57,085 nucleotides of DNA, from contig DF237520.1 in NCBI GenBank assembly GCA_000708835.1, positions 1 through 57,085 on the forward strand, written 5' to 3'. The notes beneath the pieces are model-generated. The model did not search any database. It was not told the DNA's origin and worked only from the letters and a program-made list of their open reading frames with translations. Position 1 is the first letter of the stretch; every line of letters begins with the position of its first letter. Below are positions 24,050 through 38,810 of this stretch, piece by piece. A program made the translations under genes and the position numbers. Source of the stretch: Klebsormidium nitens (Eukaryota; Plantae; Klebsormidiophyceae).

Positions 24050-27000
24050 CTAACCGTGTGTTGGTCTGCTGCTTCAATCGTTCACTTGCTGCTGCATGTG
24101 CTGGCTATGATTGATATTACGTGCCCAGATACGGTGTCAGTTGTGTCGAGTTTGTAAGAGCCGGACACAAGGTACACGTTCCTAAAGGTTTGAAAAATGC
24201 GTCACACTCGTCCAATCAAGCGGCCGCTTGTGGGCTCTCGTTCAGACCCAACGATAATCAGGGGACCGGCCCGGCCGTAAGGGAAGTTCAGTCTTTACGT
24301 CGTAATCTTGCCGGCGTGTTGCTGCTCAAACGTCGTAACGCGGCCAGTGACCGGCACGCAAATGACGCGTTGAGTAAAGACGTTGGTGTGCATGCACTTT
24401 TTGTTGCTCTCACCGCGGCGCTGTTGCGATTGCCAGCGTCGGATAGCTGACGTGGACAACTAGACAATTACGGCTTGTTACCAGTTGTGCTAAGCCCGTG
24501 CGTTGGTCGCCAAGTTTTCATATGACGCACACGAAAGAGAGCCTCCAGATTTGGTACTCCTGGTTGTGTTGCCAGCGCCGCAGATTGACTCTGGCCACTT
24601 CTTCTCTGCTTTATTTCACCGATCTTCTTCGCCAATTGCTTGACCCAGGGAAGCGCCTTGTTTCACAAGGGGGTGAATCCGTAGTTTCAATCCGGGCCCG
24701 TGTGATCGCGGTTCTTCAACTTCTTCAAGGGCGTTCAAAGCAGGGGTAATCGCCCTCTGCCAACAGTTCTGACTTTCCTCCCTCAAGAAGCGCGTCCCTG
24801 CCCGTGTACTTGCTGTGCTCTCGTGTACGCTGAAAGGGGCGATGAAGAAATCGGCTCAAAGGCCAAGGAACGCTGCCAAAACGCCTTCTTGTTCTCGCAT
24901 ATTCAAAGAGAACATGTCTCAATTCAGTGGCTCATTTGATCTAAATCTGCAATAGGACTTTGTAGAGGGAGCCTTTCTAAGTGATCGGCAACGATCATAT
25001 GCGGGAACCCTGGCGGAGGCAATTGTCAGGGTTTTTTGTAGCCTTCAGCTGAGCCGGCTCCCTATAAATGCTTAACCAATCGAAGCACCAAAACATGGGG
25101 GAGAACAACTTCTCTTGACGACATATTGCGCTCCTCGCCCTTCGTCCTGCAAGCCTGCTTTCACGCCAGCTTTCGCCGGGTGCCAGGGGGTCTACATGCG
25201 ATTTTGAAACCTTTTACGCTCGTGAGGAGGCGGCAATTTTGACTGGCCCTGCTGCCATAACGTCAACAGACTTCGTAACCCCTGACGACGCATGTGGGCA
25301 CTTCTATATTTCATTCTCAGGTCTTATTTCGATGTCGGCACCTTTTAAACATGAAGTACTACCCGGCCAAACTGCTTCCGGTAAATGAATATGACTGTGG
25401 GTGTCTCTTCTTTGTCCCCCGGGTGTTGGAGCCCGTCGAAGGACCTCTGCAAAACGGGTTGGGTGTTGGAAAGTGACGCCTGAGATCTATGGGCAACATT
25501 CATGGACACGTCTTCATTGCTTGCTCAATATTGACGCCAATCCGTTCTGCAAAGTCGATTCTGTTGAATTTTCGTTTTGAGCACATCATCAATAGGTCAA
25601 AAGCTAGACTCGTATTTCATCTGCGTAGTTACAAAGTGCGACCTCTCTTACAAGGATATTCCGAATCTTGTTTCCGCAGTTCAGTAGACACTGGTCATGA
25701 TAGAACAAACGTGCGGCGCCATGCTTCAGCCTCAGTCTTTTTTACAGCTCCCTCGAGCGAGGCACGGATTACCTGATTTAAGTCTACGTTCTTGTAAGGG
25801 CAAACCATCTAAGAAGGCGCTGGCGTTGTATTGTCTCCAAGAACTGTTGATCGAGCGACTTGTCATTGGGGCGGACAAATTTTGGAAAAAGTGCCCTTTC
25901 TCGATTCAAGCGAGGAGTCTTCCGCTGGCAGGTGGCCCTTTCTCGTTTTTTCTTTGATTCTCCTCTTGTGTCCGCCTCCTTCGTCTCGCGGTTTTGCTTG
26001 TTGCTTGACCACTTTCCGCGTTCGTCCTAAGAACGGCCGACGTGCTTGGCCCCGGGCGGACCCCAAAGCTTTCGCGTCGTCAGTATGGAAGAAAGTACTC
26101 TCTGTCTCTTGCACGCATCTTGCATCGCCGTCGACGTTTCACGAAGGGGCTGCTTTTTTTGGTGCCGGTTATCAACATGGTACCAGAAGAGCTCGCCGGC
26201 CGGTCGATCATCACAGCACTTATAAGGATCCGTACAAAGCCACATTTTTCTTGTGTGCTACTCCCACCGTTTTGGACCTTGGATCTGCGCCGACGGCCAC
26301 GCTTGGTTTCCACCTGAGAGCACTTGTTGAGGCGATCTGGCCTGTCCTACTACATGAATAATCTGGTCATACAAGATCCAGTGGAAAGCCAAACCTCCGC
26401 GGTCCGACGTCTGTTGTGCGTCCTAAAATCCTGTGTTAGGGGCGGGGGGCGTTCAGGCCATGAACGACCGGAAGAACCGAAGCATCGTCGCTTCAGTTTG
26501 CCTAATAACGGAGCACTTTAAGCCTTGCTTTCACATAATATGCTGACGTTAATCTAGGACGTCTTTGCGTTCTTGTCGAGGTTTCTGGTGGCGGTATGCG
26601 TCGACCTTGTTTTGCAAAGGGGCAGCAACCACACGGTAGTTTATTGACAGTTGGATTCCAAGCTATGCTTTGTGGCGCCAGGTTGGCGAGCTTGAGGAGC
26701 GTGCTAGGATTTACGTTCTGCTCGTCGTCGAATGTTGCAAAGTTTTCGACGTAGTTTTGTGTCTCCTTGGCACAGTCTCTGCCATAACAGCCCTCTCCAA
26801 AACGGTGTCTAATAAAGATGGGCTGCTGTAGTGTTATTCTAACGAGCTTGTCTTTGTTTATCTATACGCCTTCATCAGGCTTTTCAAACATAGAAAACTT
26901 TTCTTCATCTATGAAATGAGTGCAGATTGGCTATGACGATCTAACGAGCTGGCAAGCAATGAACGCTGCCACCGCGCCCACGTTCGTAAAGCTCGCCAAA

Positions 27001-27330
27001 GCCCCTGTGCGATTGCATCTATTATGCAGATAGTCGACTTTCACGATCTCACAAGTTGGTCATTGGTTTCACCCCGAATTTCTTCTGCGTGTCCGGGTGC
27101 TTCGGACTCAACGTCCATCGGGGGCTTTGCGATCCAAATCACGAGGCGGACCTGCGCCAATTGAGGTATGACGAGTTTCCCTGCCTCATTTGTTGGCGAT
27201 GAAAGAGGCCAGGTGCTAGTGGATTCGTTACGAGAGCCCGCTTTGTTGCGCTTCCGTTCCTGCGGGTTTCTTGGTTGCATCGGGGCCGTCGAGTCAAATA
27301 GGCACTTGTGAGCATTCACTCAAGTCACCC
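24050..27330 (-). pseudogene. Family-1 remnant U7
   Basis: Motifs RHSQS, GELFWY, AFLDGLPLQERR, VLS*PV, EPAQL, ADFFIAPFS and VKQLAKK. Confidence 0.7.
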
Positions 27331-27679
27331 GTTTCAAAACCCAAGCAACCCGTAAAAGCGTCGGACTTAGCCTGGTTCCTTCCTGGAATTTTGAAAAGCA
27401 TTCGAAACTTTGGATATTCAGAGACTGTTGGCCGCCTTCACTATCCTCGTACGTGAGACAACACGGAGACACCTGTGCGCAGCTCTTGATGCTCTCCTGC
27501 AGACCCTTTCGCGTTCGACATCAACTGTAGTAGCTAAGGTAAACGAAAGTTGGGCGACCTGTACTATAATCTGACGTGTTGGCGATGGACCGGGCAGCCC
27601 TTATCAACCAGATTGTTGTGCCCACCTTGTTACGTGAGCATTAAACTTCTCTACGTTTTGCTCTCGCACGGACATTGTG

Positions 27680-29680
27680 AATCAGGAGGTGCCCAGAACT
27701 CTTTCTCAGGCGGGCGCTGCAGGGGCAATGAAAACGAGAGGGATTGAAGCAGTAGCGGCTTCATCCCTGTTTCTGTACGAACGAGCCAAACGGTCCGCAA
27801 TTCTTACCCATCCTTTCAACGGTGCGCGCTCTTCCCGCCTGCTTGCACTGCCTCAGGCTGCAGTCAGAAGGAATTTCCGTCGGCAATACATATTCGTTAC
27901 GAATCTTCTGCTCTAGTTGACAAGCTTCGGTGCTTGTGCAGAATGTTGTTCTTTACTCAACGCCGACAAGGTCACGGTTGCCGCCCTATACCTCTGAAAA
28001 TTGGTCTCCCCAATCTTCTCGTCCGCTATTCCTATTCGCTGTCGCTCTAGGCCGATGAAACGTCGTGTCCGCGTATGCTATCTTAGCACATTCAGTGGTC
28101 ATACTCTCTGCTTGAGTCTGTCGCGGGCAATTCATCAGGCCGCACGTCACTTGCTTTTCGACCAGCCGGCGATGACAGGGTGGAGTTTGAGGAAAAACCT
28201 TCAACTTGCAGTACCCTCAGACCGGAGTCGGCCGCCTTTGCCATTGCCGCGGCCGTACGCATTGCCCGGGAGCTCGTCTTCCTGGTTGGTCTTGTCAGTA
28301 TTTCAAGTCGCTCACCGTTACAACAAGCTTTGAGGACTGCACTAGTCGCTCACTGTCTCCGCGCATTCTGGCAGCCCTCACGAACCCCTAACTTTAGGCA
28401 GTGTGTCCGTGCTTGGACGCAGAGAGATTAGGAAGGTGTATTACACTTGTTTCTTGCACAAACCTCTTGTTGACCCGCTCTGGTTGAACCAGAGATGCGC
28501 ATGCTCCGTGTCATATACGCCATCTGGTGGGTTGCTCATCGTTTCTGAATCATCGCGCTTCGTTGGTAAGAAAGACGGCGGCTTCAGATATGCTCCCTCG
28601 TTTGCTGCTATGTTGGGTAGCGGCAAGGACTTTGAAAGGTAGATGCGCACTGGTTACTGCTGTCAGAATATATGGGCTGTCCTCCACAGACGTACGAGTG
28701 CTGAGAAGTTTCGATTCCTCTGCTACTTGTTGAACGCCCGGCTCTGATGGGCATCGCTTGCAAGCACGATTCATTCTTGTGGGCTGATTTGGTTATGACG
28801 AGCTCCCCGCCTGGCGCTTGCATAATTGGCCAATGTGTATTTGGGAGGCGCGGAAGCCAGCATCTACTGTTGGATAATTTTGCATCACGCGTGTGCATAG
28901 AAAAGAATGAAAGGGCCGTCTGTGCTCTGCATGGATGATGAGCAACTGAATTTCTGCACTTAAATTCGTACAAATTGAACCCTTCTGAGCCAGATATGAC
29001 GGTTTGATTTATATTGTGCTCGGCTTGCGGCGTAGTTCACTGCCGAATCTCGGCTTACTTCTGCTGTGTATCTCGAAATCAAGACAAAAGGCCATGAATC
29101 AAGGTTAAAATGAGGCTTCGCCTCACGACCGTCAACCGTTTTGTCATCTGAGCCAACGGCGAGAACAAGGGAGCTTTTGTTACTCCAGGGTCGCGGAAGA
29201 CCGGAAACGTTAAGCACCAGATCTTTGGCGGTGGCAACCTCGTGGCAACTTTTATCTGTTGACAAGAGCGTCTTTACAACCTATCCATTCTGCTTGGAAT
29301 GTGCATCCCTTGGAACCCTACTGAAACACGCTGCCAAGTCGCTTTCAGTTTTAGCCGAGAAAACCCATACGATTGAGGCGGAAAGATAAGCCTCAAAGAC
29401 CATGTCCAACGACCCTTGATGCCAACTGTCCCAGAGTGTGTCCATGGTGTCCCTTCAATCCCTCAATGTCTATAGGTCGGAATCCTATATACATAACTGC
29501 AGGTGGTGTGCTGGGCATAAATAGCTGGAAGCCTGGGACCAGTGTCGCTTCCAACACGTGTGCTTCCAAAACAAGGACCAGCCCTTACTTTTCCTGAATC
29601 CTGCTGACGTTTTGGGTCTTCGCGTCTTTGGCTTGTCGAGGCAGCTGGCTTTGTTGCAGTTCTGCCCTGGGCTTCCGCTT
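27680..29680 (-). pseudogene. Family-1 remnant U8 (divergent)
   Basis: ggcaatgaa...gaagca...gagcca block at ~27720 (the SLP motif block); ggccatga block at ~29090 (LIHG, matching VNHG); shares further blocks with U10 (28110-28150 vs 33855-33905). Confidence 0.55.
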
Positions 29681-30279
29681 TCAGGCTCAGTGGTAGGGAA
29701 CCGCGAGATGCATTTTAATCACGGCCTTAGGCAATCCTGAGACGAATTTGGTGCGCTAGGATCGCGAGCTCGAGTGACGACCTCGGTGCATGGTCGGGGC
29801 TGGCTCTAGCTCGTTGGACATACGGTAATGCCAGTTTCTATGGGTACAGACATGCGTAAAATCGACCCGTCGTCGCTGTGATTTTTGTCAAAGCTGGGCA
29901 AACTTCTCTTCACCGGGCTGATAAGTATGGCCTTCTTGGACGATCTGAAAGGACTCTTAACCATGAACCTTTCATCAGTGTGGTTGGCAGCAGAACGGCC
30001 ATGATAAGTCTACAATTTGGCGAGCGAAAGTGGTTGCCACAATTCTCGTTCTTTGTGAAGCCACGTTAAAATGAACGTGGTTCTGATGTAAGCTGATGGT
30101 TCGCACTGTCGCTTTTCTGTACGTTCCGGTTACTTCCGAAACCTGGAAATCAAGAAGTCCTTAATCTTCTCTTCATGTAGATTCTGCTCTTTGACAAAAA
30201 CGACGGTTTTGAGCTAGATTCTAAGGATTCGGTTCTTTTTTCCCGTCGTATTGGGGGATTGCTGCCGTGTTGCATCGTA

Positions 30280-32640
30280 CGCAGATGGTACCTGCTGTGT
30301 ATGCTGGCTGTGATAGACAGATGCCCACCGGCAGAGACGGTGTCAGCGAGCTAGTCGACCCTAGAGCTGGCCCCAAAAACATGTTTAAATTCTGGCAGGT
30401 AATCGTTCAGTTGCACGTACCATACCAGTCCATCCAAGCTGCCGCTTGTGGGCTCTCACACTTCGACCAATTTTGTGGGTGTCAGTGAAAGAACGCGAAA
30501 GTCTCAGTCGGGAGTCAATGTTGCAGCATATGGCTGCGCTCAGAAGTTGGGTAAAATCGGCCATTGGTGCCATGAAAACACGCAAAGAGCCCAGCTGTAC
30601 CGGTTGTGCAGCTTCCGATTGCTGTCATTGTTACGCTGCCGCGCCCGCAACCGCGTAGCTACGGCAGACGATGATACACTGACGTTCATTTTGGGATTTT
30701 GCGTTATGCAGTTACTTCGTCGGTGTAGATGCTGCGGGGCTGCCACAGAATTGACGTTATCTTGCTTTGTGCTATGTGTCTGGCATTGCACCCTCCGGCG
30801 CTCTCGAGATCACCGGTACGTGTCTGAGCCGTCCCGGCCCGGAATCTGATTGACAGAGTATTGAGCTGGCAATGACAAGCTATAGCCTGGCGAGCTTAAG
30901 ACGCTGCCACTGGCCAATTGTGGCTTAGATGCCAACGGGTGAAGGTACTAAGTATTTCTGCCCTGCCCTTATTCGGACTCCATGACCGAAAGGCGTGCCG
31001 CCCAGATCGCAAAGTGGACGGTTTGGTACGTATGGTGCTTTTTCGACGACCTCGTATTGGCAGCTTTTTGACCCAGCATGTCCACTTCCAGACCGTTCGT
31101 CGACTTTGTACAGTGCTTATACAAGACCAAGGCCCGCATATGAATGTTTAAGGTTGCAATTCAAGGAACGGGCCCGGGGTGGAATGGGCGACCAGCTCGT
31201 TCAAGCCTTCTTTCTTCTTTGCAACCCCTGTTTTTCGATAGCAGAGCTTTCACCAGTCCCCTCGCATATGCATGTAGTAAGTCAAGAGATGCTTGATCAT
31301 CAGGGCAGAGGACGCGCGTGCGCGGGCCATGAAGAAAGAGAGGTTAAAATCGTATTGGTTCAGTCTCCATAGCGAAGTGAGCCATGCGTCTAGCGATATT
31401 GCAATACTTCCGCGGCCAATTGCACTCTTAGCAAGCAGGAGGAACAAGTTCAGGTGCTGATCAACGGCCAAATCAGCCTACGATCCTGCCGCGCTAGCTA
31501 TCTTCACAGATTAACGTGGAGGGCTTTTCTCCTTGCGGACGTTTCGCTTACGAACGTCGCTGAAAAATCGTCGCATCGCCGTCCGGAGGCCCAAAGGACG
31601 TCAGCGGATGCGTCTTCGTCTCCCCATCATTCCTGTGAAAATGCCAAAAGCCTGTCCCTCTCCAATAATATACGTGCTGTTGGAACGTGTCATCTCGCGC
31701 CCCTCCGACAGGACGTTCTGCTTTAAGTTATGGAGGCAGCCGCCCATTGCCGCCAACAACGTTTCGGGCCTCTAGAGCGACTTCGCAATTCATGCACCAG
31801 TCCAAGCTCTTTCCTGCGTGCGATCGCCGATGCCCGGCTGTGACGACTTTGCCGCCTGGCAAACGGCCAGACGCTCTCGGGACTTAGCGGAAGCTGGCGG
31901 CTACTCAGGTGCACATGAAAAGGACTAGGGAGGGCCCGAAGAATGACCGTTTAGTCACAGCCTGTTGTAAAACCTGAAGCCACTGTTTGCACGACGTTTG
32001 TAGTGACGGACGAATGTGAGAAGCTGGTTGGAGCTCGCTTCATGGGCGAGAAACTCTCGCGAAGAGGTTTTAACGGCGTCGTTGCGCGTGGGCTAATTGC
32101 ACGCAACCCGTCGCCAAAAAGCAACTAGGTCATGCAAGCTCGAACATTAAACCTTGTCGGGCCTTGAAAGATTTATTCCGGATCCCTGAAGAACACTGGG
32201 ACGATCATGTCTCTTGGAGCCGCATTATCGTCATAGACGTACTAGTTAGCGGGTTTTTAAGGACATTTTAAAACAGGAGCAAGGCCGGGTGCGGGGCAAT
32301 CTTCGGGCGGATGCATTTCTATGTCTAGCACACCAATCGAGCGTTCCTCACTAGAGGCTCCCATCAAAATTTGTCGTGTCTGATTTCGAATCCCTTGAAT
32401 ATTGAAGCTGCAATCTGCTTTAAGTTCTCCTTGCCTGTACGTTTCCGAACCAAATGTTCCCTAGCCGACCCTCCCAATGACGTACGTAACATTTCGTGGT
32501 CACGGTGGCCCCTGGCGGCATCTAAAAAGCCTGCAGGTGATCTTGTCGAGTCCTCGCGGTGGGACCTCCCTTTGCTGCTCCAGACTGGAGCCTTACTGCT
32601 TCTCTGTTTGCTATCGCAGCCGCACACATTCTCAATGACG
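30280..32640 (-). pseudogene. Family-1 remnant U9 (divergent)
   Basis: 19-mer at 32507 identical to U2 (FLDAARG); NVLSE at ~31720; SLP block at ~31310; 30290-30470 matches 24080-24250. Confidence 0.6.
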
Positions 32641-33419
32641 TAGTGTAGGCCCTGACGGCCCCTTGAACGCCAAGGGTTGTCATACTGATGAGATCTTCTC
32701 TCCTTTTTCTTGCTGCTCCTATGAGGATTACGTCCCTCTTTTCTTGTGGCCTAACTCGTACTATATGGTAATTGCGCGACGCTTGCTTTTTCTTGTGCCC
32801 ACTTCGGTGTGGATCAACTGAGTGAATCAATCTCGTTGATATGCATTGGTAATCATACCTGCGGCAGTGCGTGTTGCCAGTTCGCATTGTGTACCATTTG
32901 CGCGCAAGTTGGATGTGAAGGTCGTATGAAATCCGTCTCACTTACCGGAAGCGAGGAAAGATCTTCAAAGCACTGAGAAGGCATCCCATAGTCATAAAGC
33001 AACACTTTTGAAGTTGAGAGTGTACACAGTCCAGCTAGCTTCTTGTAAATTGCGCCTTGTAAGAAGATCTGGCTTCATTCAGACTGAGTCTCGCTCAATT
33101 ATCTGCTCCACAATGAGAACATCAGACTGCTAGAGTTAGGACCGTCGACTAAAAAAACTGTCGTCATTCTGTGTCTTCGATTGCGACAGGCGGATCTTAA
33201 CCGTTGGATCGTGTCGGACGTGGCACACATCCGCTCCGTACTTCAGTTCACGTTCCACACAATGACGAGCGCTAGGTTTTGCTGGGCCAGGGGCCGGCTC
33301 CAGACGAACCGAGTTGCATTTAGATGAGCCGGACTGCCCTATGTATCCAAGCACATTTTTGTGGCCACCGCTTTGCCCGAACATCGAGGGTTTCCTTGTT
33401 CTGCTCTTCGACCTTGTTG

Positions 33420-35700
33420 TACTTGAGGAGGTCCCTAATCTCTAGAAGCGGGGGGCGCTCGTGCGCGGGCAATGAAGAACCAAAGAGAGTGAAGCACTAA
33501 CGTCTTCATCCGTGATCCTTTCTGTGAGCCAAGCGTTTCAGCAATCAATTCCGACGTCGCAACCGAATCCGCACCTGTTGATGCAGGGTGCACTCGGGAG
33601 GACTCTTTGGTCGGTACATCTGTTACAACTAACTGAATGAAGGCACGTGCTCAAATGCCTGCTGTACAACCATTTCTTGATCGAGCCCACAATGACAAGC
33701 CCCCCTACCGCCCGGTCCGCAGGACGAGTAGTCGTCTGAGACATCTTCGTCTTCTTAACCCCCTTATTCACGTCGTGAAACACTCAGCATTTTCGCTTTA
33801 GTCCTGTCCGTATGTGTCTGCATCTCTCGCACTTGCAGCCGTTCTCTGCTTCACTCTGTCGCGGGCTTTATCTTTTGCGGGCATTTAGCCAGACCGCACG
33901 TCACTTCAAGTTCCATCCCTTTGTTAGCTAACGCCGGCCATGACAACGTACGGTGAAGAATCTCTCACTCAGGAGGACTAGAGATCTTCAAAGCTCCATC
34001 TGCCGGAAGGAGCCGGCCACTTACTCCCGTAAGCACATCACCGCTAGCTCGTCCCCCAAACGGCTCCTAGTGTGGATTCCGAGTCGCCCAAAGGCGGTAC
34101 ATCAGTTTTCTAAATCTTACATTGGCTCTATGCGCCCCGCATTCTGGTGGTTTACTGCACACCCGTTGACAAAGCCAAAGTCTCTTTGCCTGAGAGCAAG
34201 GATTTTGGGGCGTTTACTGATCGTATTCAAAGCTTTTGTAATATGGATATCCAGGTTTGCGAATCGGTTCCGGCTTCCTGCTATGCCCTGGTGCCAGCCG
34301 GGAGCACACGAAGAAACTGGATATATGCGAGCTGCTGCTTGCATCGGTTCCCAGTCATAACCAAAGTCCTTTTAATAAAGATGCCAGCTTTGAAACTAAG
34401 ACTCGTATGTCTAGGAACGATCACTTGGAAGCCCGAAATGAATCCGGCTTTGCTTATATAGCGCGCTTCTTTCTTTGTGCGCGCGCGAGAAACGATAGAT
34501 CGGCTGTGACGATCGAGTTCGCCCCCTGGCAAAATTTTCGCCATTCGTCTTGTAATCTGCGGAAGCCGGCGTCATTCTTGGAGTAGCTCTGCCTTAAGAG
34601 TGTGCTTTGAGGCCCCATTGTGCTGTAATGAGCAACTAGGATCGCAGTTCAAAGTCACACATGTAAAGAGACCGTTCGTTGGTTCTGAGGTACGTAAAAC
34701 GGTTGCGGATTCTGGAGATACAGAGATACAATAGCTAGACCTCAATTCAGTTTGATTCCCGCTCCAGTGTCGTCTTTCGTTTGTAATCGATTGATTAACT
34801 TTCTCTGTTACGTTTCGAAGTAAAGACGAAGGCCAGGAAAGAAGGCCCATTGAGGCTCCGCCTCAAATATGTTTTTGTGTTGAGCTGACGATTAGAGAGC
34901 TTAATTTTTCGGTCTAGGGATAGTGCAAAATCGCAAAACACAGACCACAACTATCTTGGCTATCTCGATTTGTGTTACTAACTTGGTGACAAGAACCTCG
35001 TTGTGACCTTTCCGTGGTCTTGAGAAGCTGCTTTCGCCGCTTTCTTACAGTATGAACCGACGAGCAAGACGGAAGCTGGGGTTATGGACAAAAGGGTTAA
35101 AGCGAGTCTGGCGGACGCGCGCCTTATGAAGAAAGGCCGCTAAGTAGCCCGAGCTTCTGCAGCCTTCTTCCGTATATTTGAGATTCAAGCCAGCCGCTTT
35201 CTTTGACCTCGTTGCTATGCCAACTCTCTGGACAAGCGGGTCTGCAAGCGATTATTGTGAAGGTGCTGCTTTGGCAGAATGCCCGACTTGGACGTTTCTC
35301 TGCACCGTTCCTCGGTGCGGATTGGCCGGTCGGGCAAAACTTCGAAGCAATATTTTCGTGCCCTGAGCTTGAAACGTATCTGGCAGAAAGCCGACCTCCG
35401 GTCGCAGGTCCGTTTTGCCCTCGTAGTAGTCCGTATCGGCAAATGGCGTAAATATAGGCCATGAATGACCGAGACGATTGCAGCAGTACTGGCAATCTCA
35501 GCTTCTCAGGTTACACAAACACACTAGGGCCTGTCCTCGCTTCTGCCGACGTCCCGATCCTTTGCGGTGTGGTCAAGTTTAGCGTTACTCACATGGTTTA
35601 GCGATGATGATTGTGCGATTTGGCAAGCGAAGAACGTCAACGCTGCCACCGCGCCATCTTGCAATCAGAAGCTTATTAAACCCCTTCAAGCTGGTGTCAT
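33420..35700 (-). pseudogene. Family-1 remnant U10 (divergent)
   Basis: ORF 34117-34344 reads RIYPV..APGWHQ..RPKILA..VNHQ, matching MIYPV..ARRWHQ..RGPIFA..VNH; SLPAH at ~33460; 17-mer at 35639 shared with U7. Confidence 0.6.
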
Positions 35701-36739
35701 TTTTTACGGATGCCCAGCATCGACCTGGTCATTGATTGTGTACCCTTTTGTTCCTCGTGAGTCCACACGTACTGAGCTACTTTGATTGTTCAGCGTTGTG
35801 CTCTCATCGCTGCGCCGCTGCCTTTCTAAAAACTGACGTATGTAAACCAGAGTCGGATTGAAATCAGCTCGAGACTTACCATCAGACACCTGTTTTCGGT
35901 CAGTGTATCGTGGGCGCTGGACCCATTATTGCTTCGTACCGTCTGACTGGTGTCACTTCACGCTCAAGCACTCTGAAGACCGTCAGCGCAAGATTGTCCG
36001 CTTTTGAACCGTCCGCATGGTACTTTATTGAGCGTTGTCTTGGCAATGACAGGAAAAGGCCTGGCAAGCACAAGATGCTGCAAGAATGGCGCGGGCTTCT
36101 ATATGGACGCTAGCCGCTAAGATGACTGATCTGTTTCTTTGGAAACATGGCAACCGTTCCAATCCCCGTTGCGCTGCTGGTATCACAATATGGGCTGTCG
36201 ATTCCTTATAAGGCGATACGGAAGATTTCGTACTGCAAGTTTCATGCCCATGCGACGTACGGGAACCTGCGCGAACAATATCGTTCCGAACAGTCGAAGA
36301 GTTTATCTTGCGAGCTCGAGATAGCCACCGCTTTGGTTGCTGGTTTTCCGTCAACAAAATCGAATTCAATCTTGTGACTTATGAGCCGCTGATTTTCTGC
36401 TCTTGGGCTGCCGTCCTTTGGGAACCATCTCTTGGGAGCTGCAGAACTAGCTAGATTCAGCTTGCGACATATGTAGCGGCCCTGCTAGCTGTTGTTTCAA
36501 GCGGCTGCGCTCCTCGCTCATTTCAAAACCATTACAGTCTCCTCAGTATTGCTCATTAGTATATCGTTGTAGCCACGTTCAGACTTTGCTAGGATCGGGG
36601 CCTGTCTCAAACGAGTTAGTGTTGCAAGAGAAGGTACAAGGTGGAACAAACAGCCTCGTCCTACTAAGAAAACTGGGTGATCACCTAAATATGGTCTGAA
36701 CGTTACGCTCGAAGACGGGATGATCAGGATGTGCGCAAT

Positions 36740-38810
36740 AATCCTAAAACCCGAAAATCACTAGGGGGCGCGTGTGAGTTGGCCATGAGATATCAAAAAT
36801 GCGCCTGAAGCAGTGTCAGCTTCAGTTTTGCTTATGTCGATAGCTGATCCAAGTGGCCCGCGCGTAAGTAGCACCAATCCTGCTTACGTTGCGATCGAAG
36901 CTTTTCTGCCTCCAATTGTTGTTATTCGTAATCAGCAGAACTCGTCTTCACCAACTGCACGACAGTGCTGCAACAGTAGGAAAGCTTGTGTGCTGGCGCA
37001 AATGCTGGCGAGCTCGTTGTCGGCCAGTTCGCAAGTCTAGTCGTCTCAATGTAAGCCTCCTAATTCGTAAGTACCCTGTATTACCGTTCGGATTCAAAGG
37101 CTGCCGCTCTGATTGCCCTCTCGACAGAGTCTCCTTGGCTCCTTTGCCTTTGCAAAGCTGCTTTTGCGTCTTTGGATTTGTCCAGATGGCGCCAGACGGC
37201 AATTGCTTCTGTTGGAGCTAGGCTGTGACAACGATCGATGCTGAGCAAAGATCCAAACGTTTCAGACACTGAACCGGAGCCGGCCGCCCACAACCTTGGG
37301 ATTTTTTTGCAGGAGATGGGTTCTAAAACTGGCTCTTGTGATGGTCAGATTGTCCACTAGTACATCAAATGTCCAGGTCTGAAGTAAAATAAATATACGT
37401 TCCCCCACAATTTGGTGCTTTGCTTTATTAAGCATGACAAAAGCAAGTTGCCCACAGTGTCGGCGCTCGGACGCAGAATGATTGTGATGCAATTTACACT
37501 GTTCTGCTTTCACTTGTACAGATTTCTGGTTGAAGTGCCCTTTCTGGCTCTTGACAAACGTTAGAGCTCCGTGCCAACTGCGCCATCCAAATATTGATTA
37601 TTGAATCGAGATCCCCTGCAGTCGAAGCCCTTTTGATACACGAGCAGTGGCTGTCAAGAATTGCGCAATCTTCTGTTCTTGTGGCGCTTCGCAAACGGAC
37701 TGGCACAAAAGCTGCTCCGCTTGGAATCATGTGTACGTTATGGTCGTCCTCCATTTCGCAGAGCACTTCTACACCTTTTGGGAAGTGGACCTTGCTAAGG
37801 CTTAGTCGAATCCCGACGTCGACTTTGCTTTTGAGGCAATAACTGACGGCTCGGTTTTGACAAGCGGGCCAGGGGCTGTCTGAAGATTTGCGGATGACGG
37901 CGTACTCCTCGATCCTTTTTCTGATATATAGTTCTGCCTTACGCACGTGCATACAAAGATTTGAGAGGGCCCGTAGTGCTGCGTAGCTATGATGATCTGA
38001 ATTACCGTCTGTCTGACACGCGTGAAAACACCTGCTTACCGCTGCGCAACACGGGTTAGGTTCCTTTGAGATTTAAGTGACTGCATGTGAATAGTCCAGT
38101 GCCTCCATTCCGGTGTCCACTTCCACTCGTGCTTTGTACACCATCTATGCTGTCTGACTAACGGGCGAGACAAATGGCCATGATTAAGTTTCAAGTGGGG
38201 CTCCGCCTCAGGAATCCCTTCCAAAGATCTGAGCCGATGGCGTGGACACAAGAGCTTTTTAAGAGTTTTTCAATCTGGGAATCCTCGATGCAATTCTTTT
38301 CAAATTTTCAGCCTTTTTTGGTTACTTGGAATCAAGAATACCGTTTAGACCTCTCTTCATCGAACAGGATTCTCCCTCCCAGGTTGACCGCGAAAATCTT
38401 ATGTGAACATCACGAGGAAGCGGAAGGGAGCTAAACAAAGCGGATGTGGGCTGTATGATTGGGTTCGCACGTGAGGCCCCTAGAAATTTGAGTCCGGGCT
38501 TTTGTGGTTCTTCGGAACTTTTGAGAAACGAACCGCACTCAACGTATCCTATGATCATGCCAGTTGTAAGCGCTCTGTCGCTTGTGGTCTTTACGGCGTC
38601 CTCGTAACCTCTTTTACGCGTTCTTGACGATCTTTATATTTGTGAGAGCGGCCACCGCAACGGTTCTTGCGGTTGCCGCAACCGTTTTGCCACACGATAA
38701 CTAGTCTCCGGGGTCTGACCTCAAGTGTAACTTCTGAAGGCGTCACGAAAGGCGTAGACAGAGTACCACTCGTATGGCGCGTCGTCTCTGCAAACAATGG
38801 TACTCCCAAA
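36740..38810 (-). pseudogene. Family-1 remnant(s) U11, containing two copies of the RGP/NH core
   Basis: ggccatga..caaaa..tgaagca plus RGP at 36780-36865; WPAC (~37865) and CIKRASTAGDL..IWMAQL in ORF 37494-37952; EVRPRRLVIVW at ~38700. Confidence 0.5.

Noticed and set aside
32081-32130. Hairpin plus CTAG as a Helitron 3-prime end
   Set aside because: CTAG is not followed by T, no 5-prime TC boundary was found and there is no Rep/helicase remnant.
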